From NCBI GenBank assembly GCA_001642005.1, contig LWCA01000279.1:1-34321 (forward strand): 34,321 bases of DNA. The letters run 5' to 3'. The translations under genes were made by a program, and so were the position numbers. How positions within the stretch are numbered: the stretch's first letter is position 1; each line of letters begins with the position of its first letter. Shown here piece after piece: positions 1-11,400 of the stretch. The notes under the pieces are model-generated. The model searched no databases. It saw only the letters and a list, made by a program, of their open reading frames with translations, and had not been told where the DNA came from. Origin of the DNA: Intoshia linei (Eukaryota; Animalia; Orthonectida).

Positions 1-85
1 TAGTGATTTGCAAGTATTTAAACGATTAAATTTGTGTTGACTAGTCAATAAATGTAGTTGTACATGTTGTACTTCGTACAAACAA

Positions 86-246
86 CAGTAACGGATCTAG
101 GGGTGCAGGGGTTAAATGCATTATATGATTTTGGCCACTTAATAAATATTTAACCCCTGGCTAATTATAAATTTAGTTAAATTCTAAAAAATTTCTAAAT
201 AGTTTCTAAAAAAACTTTTTTGAACACACTAGTTTATACGCCTCTG
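86..246. mobile_element. Possible degraded MITE relic
   Basis: Imperfect termini CAGTAACGGATCTAG (86) and GTTTATACGCCTCTG (246), with internal CAGGGGTTAAAT / TTTAACCCCTG inverted motif. No TSD found. Confidence 0.3.
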
Positions 247-451
247 TTGATTAAATTAAAATGATCAATACATTAGACTAGTTCAGCATGAATGGGAACA
301 TTCAACTTGAGTCGATAAAAACGACTTGGTTCTAATTCCTAATGTAATTCTGGCAATTAGGATGTGACAGTGGACTATTTTTTGATATAAATTCAGATGG
401 CTGTAAAACAAATAACCTTGAAAATGTCCAATAAAAATAATTTTAAATTAC

Positions 452-1144
452 ATTTCTATTTTTTCAACCTTTATACCCCATTCATTTGTGGCTAAATCGA
501 CAATTTCCTATACATAATATATTTTTTTTATATTTTTATTTAAATACAAATTTAAAAAGTAATAAATAGTTATAAACATTTTAGTTACCTGCATAGTGTA
601 AGAAATAACGTCTCTATTTTGCAATATTTCAGATAAATTTTTCATTCCCAATACATTTCTCAATGTTGTTGCGGCCAATAATTGTGTGGCTGATGCATAA
701 TCCCCAACCTTTAGAATAGCTGAAGCGGGATCTTTAATATGATAGAATAAAACGGCATCTACTTGTACTGTAACTGAATCACTAGTTAATATCTAAAATC
801 ATGTTTAAGAATTATTGATAACCAATGTGCTTATTTATCATGATAATTATAAACACAATGCATACCCTGTACATTATACAGTGTAAAATCTATTGCCTTT
901 CCGAATCGTAATCTACCCAATCTAAATACTAGTATTCTTTCATATTCGCGAACAATGCGTATGCAAACAAATATGGATATAGGAAAGGTTAAAATTATAA
1001 ATAACACTGAAAGAAATGTAATAAAACCAGCCATACAATAATTATTCGATAATTTAACAGTTTCCTCGTCTTTGAAAAATAGTTAATATTATATAATCAT
1101 TTCATACTTTCAGTTGATTCATGGTTTCTTTTTTGTAGTATCAT
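452..1144 (-). CDS. Stomatin / band-7 (SPFH) family membrane protein, 5' part; remaining exons presumably left of the window
   Basis: Exons: 1144-1108 (MILQKRNHESTE), 1069-~866 (hydrophobic hairpin LSVLFIILTFPISIFVCIRIVREYERILVFRLGRL), 792-589 (ILTSDSVTVQVDAVLFYHIKDPASAILKVGDYASATQLLAATTLRNVLG) and 507-452 (EIVDLATNEWGIKVEKIE). GT-AG boundaries; these are classic stomatin motifs. The exon 2 donor is uncertain. Confidence 0.92.
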
Positions 1145-1290
1145 CTTTAGATTTACTTTATGATATATAAAAATGTATGTAAATATGAAAATACTTTAAA
1201 GACGTACAATTTTTGTATACATTGCAAAACATTCTACATTAGAGACCACAGTTTATTTTAAGTGTGTAGTAACATTGAATGTAGTTTTAA

Positions 1291-1574
1291 CCTTTACGAG
1301 ACTATGGCATACATGCCAAAAATTGAAATTTAATTTTTTATACTGAAATGATAGTTTCTACTGAAATAATTTAAAAATGAAAACAAAATTTTTCGACTGC
1401 TTTGTATACAAGCCAAAAATTAAAACAAAATTTTAGACCGGTAGGTAATGCAATTTCAAAAATAATATTTGTAAATATTTCGGCTTGTATTTTTTATAAT
1501 TTTGAGTTTTCAAAATGTGAAAATTTGAATAAAATAAGTGTAAAAATTTCTAAAAATGAATAGTCTCGTAAGGG
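1291..1574. mobile_element. piggyBac-type MITE (284 bp)
   Basis: TTAA flanks at 1287-1290 and 1575-1578. TIRs CCTTTACGAGACTAT / ATAGTCTCGTAAGGG match 14/15. Confidence 0.85.
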
Positions 1575-2493
1575 TTAAGAAAATTACACACAAAAATATT
1601 TTGATATAATAATTATACTTAATACACATAAATAAATTTAAATTTATTCAATTTTGATTATCAATTTCAATTTAATTTTTGGTTAGTAAAATTAAACCAA
1701 AGTTAATATGCCTGAAAACGTGCGCTTCGGAATCAGAGTTAATGATTTTAAAATGCGTCCCAGAATGTATGTTTTATTAAATTTTTTGGATGATTTTATT
1801 TTTAAACAAAAGGAAAAATTGGGTTTTGACTCTGCAGGACACTAAATTTGAAACTGAAAAATAGATAAAACGTCTTGGAAAAACTGTATTAGAAATTTAA
1901 TTCGGTTTTTTTAAATTTTTAAATTTTAAATTGTAAGACTGTTAATTTTTTAAATAAACGGTAATACACAGACATTCAATTTTGATATTTAAAAAAAATT
2001 TATTCGGTAAATTGCTAACCCTAGTAATTACGCCATAATTTAAAAATAAAAACTGTGATCTTATCAAAAAATTTTAGTAAACAATTCAATTAATTGTATT
2101 TAAAATATTTCTATATTTTTTTGATTTATGCTTTAAAAATAGACTATTAATTTAACCAAATTATTAAAATTATTTAGCGTACACTTTACTTTTATATGTA
2201 ATCCATTATGAAATTATTGTATTATTAAAAATTATGGTTTATTTTACATTACTATTGTTAAATTATGTAAATTAATGTGCTTTTTTATTAGTCTATACGT
2301 GTTATATTAGACAAAAGTTGAGTATGCCAATTTTAACTAAATCAACTGTTATAATTATGTAAACTAAATTTAACGGGTAATAAATTAAAAAGGTTAATTG
2401 CATGCATATCGTAAAATTGATAAACAAAACCAAATCTCATTAACAATGAATGAAACAAAATATTAATTAACAATTTATCAAATTCTTCATAAA

Positions 2494-5400
2494 ATGAAAA
2501 ATATGAAAAGTAGAGTGTTGAATTTGAAAACGAAAGAAGAGATTAATCAAGAAGTCTTACAACATTTGCAAGTAATATGTCCGGATTAAAATTTGATATC
2601 TATAATAATATATATTTTTATATATATAATAATAAATATTAAGTTACAACGATATTTACCTGTTAAATATTTATAACAATTTAATAATTTAGAAAAGATT
2701 TAAACAGCGAAAACGCAAACCAAGAAAATTATATAAAAGGCATAAGGCAAATGATGATAATAATTTGGATAGCAAAATATCTTCTGCAATGAAATATCGA
2801 ATGAAAATGGAAAAAAAATTTGAAATTCAACAAGAAATTGAAAATGTATATGTTAGTCCAAATATATCTGTAGAAAAAATGATAAATTTAAAATCCAATA
2901 TATTGAAGAAGAGAAGATTAACAATTAAAAACACAACAACAAATAAAATATCAAAAGAAAAATCTACAATAAAAAGATATAGCAAAATTATGGATTTTCA
3001 TAAATGCGTGGACGCTTTAGAACGGTCTGAAAAGTGTATAGATCGTTTCAAATTTATAAAAATCAAATCACCAACAACTCAAAATGTTAATGTGAATGCT
3101 TTTAATAGAAATAAAAATTTTAACATTAATTCATGTGACGAATACAATGTTTTTATGAGTCAATTGTATCGACTGGTTAACGGATTTGTTAATTTTGAAA
3201 ATCATCCATTTTTATTCAATAAAATTGGTATTTTTGTTAGTAGTGGAGAAAAAGGTAAAATATCACTCTGCATATCACTCTGTCTTTAAAATTAGATACT
3301 ATATTTGAAAGACGCATAATAAACATATTGTATAAAGAATTGCAAGATTATTCATTGAATAATAATGGTATTTAATATTAACATTTATAAATAAGTTAAT
3401 ATAGTTGATATGGAAATGTATGATATATATTTTGAAAACCCACCAAATGAAGAATATAACAGAGAAATGGTAGAATGGTACATTAAAAAAAGCAAAAAAT
3501 CAATATGTGGAATCAATTTTATAGTTAAGGTTATCAATTAATCTTAATTTTGTTTTTAATTTAGAATTTATTATCAAATAAATATGGAAATTATCAATTA
3601 CCGCGGTATTTTTTGGAGCATGAATATAAAAAAATAGATAATTATTTGGAAAGCCTGACAAGGATTCCGCAACAAAAAAAATTTAGATCTTTTTCGATAT
3701 GCAAAGGTTATTAATATATAACTAATTTTCCTAATTTGTACCACGTGATAGATTAGCTAGTTTTACCGATGACAAACTTTTCCATCCATTTTAATTAAAA
3801 ATATATTTAACCTCGGGTTTGACAAAAATGGAAATTATTAAAATAAGCAATTATAAATAATAAAAATTATTAATCAAAATTTTAGCCACAGAAACAAACA
3901 AAAAACAATCAAACTATGAACGACGAATTAGCAAAGTAACCTTATTAAACTTTAATTTACATAATTCAATCGATTATTAATTCACAAAAACATTCTTTAC
4001 TGCATTTGATATCATTAATATATTTCAGAGTTAATTATCAATCTCTTCAAAATTTCCAGTGAACCACAATATTTTATAACCGTTTATCATGAGAGTTGGT
4101 AGCAGGTAACCTACTAAAAAATTTTGATCGCACTTTTTTTCTAAATGGTCGAAAGATGAATAAATATATTTGAAAATATTCTTCATTCTATAGTGCTTCA
4201 AAAATCTTGATTAAGAGTATATTGATATGAGAATATTCTTAAATTCAAACTTTTATACTAAAAATCAAAATTTACCTATCATAAAAGGTAAACTCCAGTT
4301 ATACCTAAGGGATTAATAAAATTAAATTAAAGACCCGTAAATGTATGTTATAGAAAATTTATAAAACTGTAGAAAAGTAATAATTATATTGTTCTTTGGA
4401 TTTTCGTTTAATTTTAGTTACAAACTTAAAGAATTATTAGTTTAATTAAAGTAAAATATTTTGTATGAAATAGTTTATGTAATTTTGTAAATCTTGCATA
4501 ATTATATACTATTATTTATATAAATTTAAAGTAACCCATATAATACAGAAAATATATCATTTTTCAATTTAATAAGAATAAAACTGGATTTATCATTTTA
4601 GGATTAGTAAACCTGTATTTTTCCTTTAAGGGATGGTGAATTTTTATTTTTAGTAAAAATGGTATGATTTAAGTAGACATCCTATTTATATTATTACATT
4701 ACCCTAAAATTATTATATTTAATATTTTTAGTTAATAAATCATTGCAAACAAATTCATATTGCTAGCACATGGCAGAATTACAAACTTAAATTTCATACT
4801 AATTTAAGAAATAATCTTAAATTATTTTATGAAATTGATAATAATAACATACCAAAAATTTACAAATTAAATAAACGCAGGTATTTTTATTTAAAGGTAT
4901 TGTTAGTTAAATGTTAGAGTGATTCAATAATCAACTTAATTTATTTATTTCGGAATTTAATTTTTTTCGATTTATTCGAGAAATTTGAAGATCTAATGAC
5001 TCTGTAAAACCAATAAATAAATATATTAATTGGTAATTATTAAAATTTTATTTGTATTTACTTAAAATTAATAGTAAAATTCTTGATAAATTGAGCAATG
5101 AAAAGGAAATTAGTGAAAATGTGAATAAACTGTACAAAAAATTAAAAAATGATCTAGCCAATATAATACAAACCTTAATTCCTAAAAGGAATATTATATC
5201 AAGTAACATAAGACATTTATATAATGAATTTAATTATACATTTCATGTTAGATATCCATTATGAAATTGATTTGATGCTCAAGCAAAATGAAAGAAAGGA
5301 CGACTACATTTATTGGTTTAATAGATGTTTCAATTCGCAGCCCGTAGAATTAAAATCAAATGACATTAAAATTGGAAAATATTTTGACAATGATAAAGAT

Positions 5401-8400
5401 TCTACGACACTATCTTCCAAAAAGATTAAATTGAGAGAAATTAAAAGTGCATTAAAATCACGTGTATATCTTTAATAATTTAATATACACTATGTTTCAT
5501 ATTTTTTACTTAAAAATATTTATTTTTGTAAATTAGATTCAAAAAAATCAAGTAAGTAATTTTATGGTTGATTGGTCAGAAAAGGATAATATTTTTAAAG
5601 AAGATTTGAATCAATACTATTTAACAATTTTTGCTGAAAAAATTTGCAATTTAGTCCATCATAATATCATAAAATTCAAACAGCTCAAGTCTTTTAAATT
5701 TAAATTTAAACATTTTTTTCAGGATGTTGAAAATCATAGCAGATTTGCATTGATATGGTAATTATATTTTATATAAGATAGGTACAACTCCTCAAAATAC
5801 TTTTATGTGGTTTATAAATTTAAAACCCTCTAAGTTTAAAATTTGTTAATGCAAATCACATTTGAGACAAAATTGGCCAGTGGCCACTGAACACTCTTAT
5901 CATAAAATATATGGTAAAATAAATAAATTTTAAGATGTTTAATGTTATTCATATCTGGTATACAGTGAAGCATCCACTATTCGCATATTGCATTATTCGC
6001 TCAAAAAACTTTAATTCTTATGATTTTCATAAAAAATATCTGTTATTCGCAAATAATTATTCAAAATAAATCAATAAAATGTTTTCATACATTGATTAAT
6101 TATTTTTTATAAAAAATAATTAGGAGATACGAACAATATGCAATTGATGGAGTTATATAGAAAAGACTAGCTTGGTCTGTTTTGTACCTCGTACAAACAG
6201 CACCCAAGTCTGCCGATGGAGCACTTTTCTAATTCTACTAAAAAATAAAATATTACATAAAAAATGCCACTGTTCACGATTACCAATATTTTAAAGGAAT
6301 GGTTTCCAAACGTGTCAAGATAATTTTTTATTTTTAAATGCTAGGACTATTAATTATATCAAATTTTTTGTTTTAATGAAATAATTTCCCAAAAGAAGGT
6401 AAACAGTGAATTTTTTTGTTAAAAATGAATGGTTATGTTAACATTGGAAATTTTTATATATTTTAATATAATATCTTTTGACCTATAAGATGTTAGTTTC
6501 TGAGAATAAAATTGATGATAATTTCATCAATGGAAAGAATTGTAATGGAAATGTGGAAAGTTTAAAATTCTAAGACCCTTAGTTATTGAAATAAACGATA
6601 ACAGGCAAAAAAAGAGTTTTATATAAGTTAAGATTTAAAATAAAATTAAATTAAGGAGAAAGGTAGATAAAATATTGTGTTCATTATTAACAATCAGTGT
6701 AAACAATAGTAAAATGTATTTGTATAGTGATAGTGTATACTATATTGTTTAGCAGTGTTAAAATTCCGATTTTGGCAAACAGTGGAGGCTTTACTTTACA
6801 TCCCTTCAACTAAAATATTTTTATAATTAGCAATAAAACGTATCATTCAATGTCCACCTCTGCTATTGATTTAAAAAACTATATCAGTACATATTTTGAA
6901 GAAAAAAACAAATTGAACATAATATCACTAATTGGAAAATCAGGATACGGAAAAACCTTTCTATTTGCTCATATATTCGCTAACAATCAAAATATGTAAA
7001 TTTTGTTGAAATACAGTCAATTCTGTTCTATATGAACATCTTAGAATATGAACTCAGTTCAATATGAACACGACAATCATTGTTTTAACAAACATTGATT
7101 GGATATTTCGATAAATATTGTACATATATATGTTCATATTACAGTATCGTATGAACATGATCAAAACCTGGTCCCTTCATGTTCATATAGAACAGAATCG
7201 ACTGTATACATAAAAATTTATTCCAATTTCGGGATGTACAGTATGTATTACACACACTAGTGGGCCTGAAAAAAATTAAATCAATTTAAGATGTTAGCTC
7301 AACTAAATTATAGATTAGAACAGGGGTGCACAACGTGCGGCCGTGGGCAATACATCTGTCATAATGCAATATGTCATTTTACTTCAAATTGAAAAGTTAA
7401 AATAAGATTTTAATTCAAGGTCTATTTAAAATATTTTAATCAAAAATTTACATTCTTGACTTTGCACCAGTTTCTCAAATTTTAGCGAAGGGCACACAAA
7501 ATCAAGACAGTCACTGATATCTTTTTTATGTCATTATTAAAATTTACATATTTTTTTATATGTTTTCCACTCTAATGTATCAACAAATCGGTTTTTAATG
7601 GAACTTTTTCCGTTGTCCAATTATTATTAAATATTTACTGAAAAATTAATGATTAATATTTTTTAAATCAGGCTTTTTCTTATAGAATCAGTCAGAAGAA
7701 TTATTGATCTAAAAATTTTATTAAATGGCATTTTTCATAAAAATATTGGTAAAAGCGATTTTTTTCCTTAAGGGTTTGTAAAAATGGATTTTTAAAAAAA
7801 AAAATTGGTAAAAGAGATTTCTTCCTTAAGGGTTAGTAAAATTTTGGTTTTTTCTCATAAGATTATATTAAATTGGATGATTTCATGAAATATGTTGAAA
7901 ATTGTAGCTTCGCCTACAATCACCTAAATATTCGTATTCACCCAATGGGGTGACCAGTCACCCCCATGAGAAACACTGCATTAATCCTACTATTACTATT
8001 TATTCCGATTCAGATAAATGACAAATATGGTGTTAATTTATATGAGTGAATTAAGGATTAATTTTAATTGAAAATTATTAATTAAATCTTGCTGATATTG
8101 AAATTTAAAGAAAACTATTTTACTAGACCTAAAATTTAGGTCCAGAGTAAACTTTCTCAATGTCCAAGTAAATTTTGTGCGGCCGTAGTTTTAATGAGAA
8201 AAATAGCATTGTGGCTGAATTGGTGTAAAATTTTTGCACTCCTGGATTAGAATCTAATCGTCTATTTCTAATAGTAGCATTCTTAATATTTACCAGGCCC
8301 CACCAAAAATTTCGACATGTTCACGATTGGGAAACACTGGATTAGACTAATGAAAATGTTGTTTATATTAAATGGGTGAACCAAAAAATTAATTCATAAC

Positions 8401-11400
8401 GTTGGCGGTAGCGCCCAGTGGGGAGAACCAGAAGGGCGCCGCCCGGCTAGGATCATACGAGCTATTTTTTGTGTTGGGTTAGCGTTGGAATCAATTTGGT
8501 ATTTTATTATAGTATTAATATTGTTGCTTTTTATTTTGAGTCATTTATACCCAAAAGGCCAAATAACCGATTATAATAGGTTAATATAATTAGAAAAATA
8601 AAAAAATAATAAGTTTTAAAATTTAAATTTTTTTTTCAACGTTACAAAGTTACGCCTCCACGGTCAAAAATGCAATTTACCATTTGCTCTTATTTTACTG
8701 TCTTGTTAAGTGCAGTAGAAAATTTTTATATTACATTGAACCAGGTGGAATAGTTTTATGACGCTCCGGGAACGCTGTCGTAAAAAAGGTTAGGAATCAC
8801 TGATCTACATTGTAGAATGCAGAAATAGTAATTAACAAAATTATTTTAGATTTCACGACGTTTCAGTAATATATCGATGCATTGAAATATCAAAAAAATG
8901 TCAGAACGCTTTATTCCTGATAAAATCTTTGACTTTACAATTAAAACTCTTAAATTGTAAACGGGATGTACAAAAATATGAAGAAATATACAACACTCAA
9001 TTTTGCTATGTAATAAGAGATTTAAATTAAAATGATGAATAAAAAAAGTAAATACTATTTTTTATTTAGAATATGAGACAAGCACAAGATAATTTTTGCG
9101 GTGCCGTTATGTCATGTAATCAAAGAGTAATAATAATTCTTGATGGATTAAATTTTATAAAAGGTTCAATACATTAATTTATTTATTAGAAATTATTTAT
9201 GCATTTTTGTTATATGTAAATATAAATTTTTTAAATTAGATTTATATATATTAAATAAATAATTATTTATTAATATATATTATTTTTATTTTATTTTTTT
9301 ATATAAAAATGCAATATAGATGAAAACAGTCAAGTGTACAACATGCAGTTTTTATTTACTTTTAATATCCCTTCAAACGTTTTAATTTTGATATCAATAC
9401 GAAATACATTAATCTGCGGAAATACGTATCAAAAATTTTTTAGTTCTTGCATTTACATGAAACTTCCAGAATACAAATTATGTAAAAAATATATAGAATA
9501 TATATTGAAATCGAATAATAGAAAGTTATCGACAAAACAATATGATGTAGTTTACGGTCGTATATATAATCTAACTATAAAAAGTAAAATGAAACCAATG
9601 ATTTTAAAAAGTATTGGAAATTTGTGCGTAATAATGAAACATTACAAAAAAATTTTAGTTGAAGAATTCAAACCGTTATTAAAAAACATACCATTTAATG
9701 AAAACTTTTCACCTTCGATTCAACATTTGTGCCAAGATTATAATGATTCAAGAATAAGTTCACAGACTATTGAAGATAATAGCAATGAAATTGTGTTAAA
9801 TTGTCATGTTTTGAAAAAGCAACTATCAACATTATCTTCAGTTAAATATGACCAAAACCAATATGACTGTTTTGAACCAAAAAAATTAGTTTTGCCTTCT
9901 AGTGAAAATCAAGTAATGAAAAACTTTCTAAGTTTTTTGGAATATAAGTGCGGTAAATACATTGTTCATGCTGTACTAGGATGGTTGGTGTTATCTGAAG
10001 ATGGATTGTCATCAAACCAAATTAAAAATATGTTACTAAATAATAAATCACGCCTAAAAATTGACAATGTAATTTTTTGTTGGTACAAATTACAATATCT
10101 TCTCAGAGAACATCTCTATGAAAATCAAATTGATAATGAAATAGTTGTAAGCATTTATCCATCTTATTTTGTCGAGTTTTTAAAAACATTTATATTTGAA
10201 GATGACAAAGAAAAGATTAATTTAAATTATCAAATTCTATTGGATCTTTTTAAAGACGAACCAAATACTAATAAACCAACTTTTTGGAGGTTGAATGCAC
10301 CCAAAAAATTGAGTAAATTGGATTTGCATTATTTAACTAGATGCGTAATGGATTATGATACTTTTAATAATTCTGATTCCACAATTAATACATTTTTGAA
10401 CGCAAATAAAACAACTAAAAATGATTTGACGTTGATGCAGATACCATTATTAAAAGCTGTTATTGAAATTCCAAGCTATTTATGCAAAATGAGAAAATTT
10501 CATTTGTATATCAAACATTGCCTCTTTAATTTTAATTGGTTATTAGGTAGGCTTAAAATGTAAATAAAGATATTAATTAAATCATATTTAGCCTATTTCG
10601 TGGCTTTTGAAGAAGTAGAATCTATAATACTAAAGCTAATACCATACACAAAACATGAAAACTTTGGTATAGAAATTGGTTATATAATTAAAATTCTTGA
10701 AAAATTGGTAAACTTATCAAACCCTTGGCCTCATCAATTTGCAATTTATCTATATAGTAATATTAAAATGTAATCCTATATAAAAATTTAGGAGAATTAG
10801 AAAAAATGATAAATGAGATCGATGTATCAATGCCAAATTTAAAAAATATGATGAATGATATAAGAATATATTTTAGTTTACATAATGTTATAATGCCGTC
10901 TTTAAATTTTCAAAGGAACAATTTAAATAGAAGCGACAGTAATTTATATACATCTAGTGTTTCTTGCATGTCATTTTTACAAGATAAACAGTTTTTAATT
11001 ATTGCTTCAGAAGATAATTCAATTTATATGTGGAATCTATTAGATTTAACCAAATATATCTACACATTTAATGTGTACGATAAGTTAAAAAATAATGAAA
11101 ATTTTAGTTATAATTTAAAATTAAAAGAATTAAAATATAAAGTTATCAAAATTGTTTCTTTGAATAATAATTTAATTGCAATGATTAGTAAAAAGTATAT
11201 AATCATCACTATGATTCATTTTTCTTGTTTCAACAGCGAAGACTGTATTGAAATCTTGTATATACATGGACCTTTCAATGATGCTCCACTAGTTGTTTCT
11301 TCTTATAATCACCAATACCTAGTTTCATTTTTTCAAGGTTCTCTTAGGTATGTTTATTTTTTATTAATGGAATGTATATCGGTTAAGACAGTTAATGATT

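Noticed and set aside
1679-2023. Possible TAGGGTTAGCAATTTACCG-type element
   Set aside because: Only the right end (CGGTAAATTGCTAACCCTA) is clear; no convincing left TIR or TSD.
4021-4105. Possible extra NWD exon ending AGCAG|GTAAC
   Set aside because: Stops in all three frames, and the flanking exons join in frame without it.
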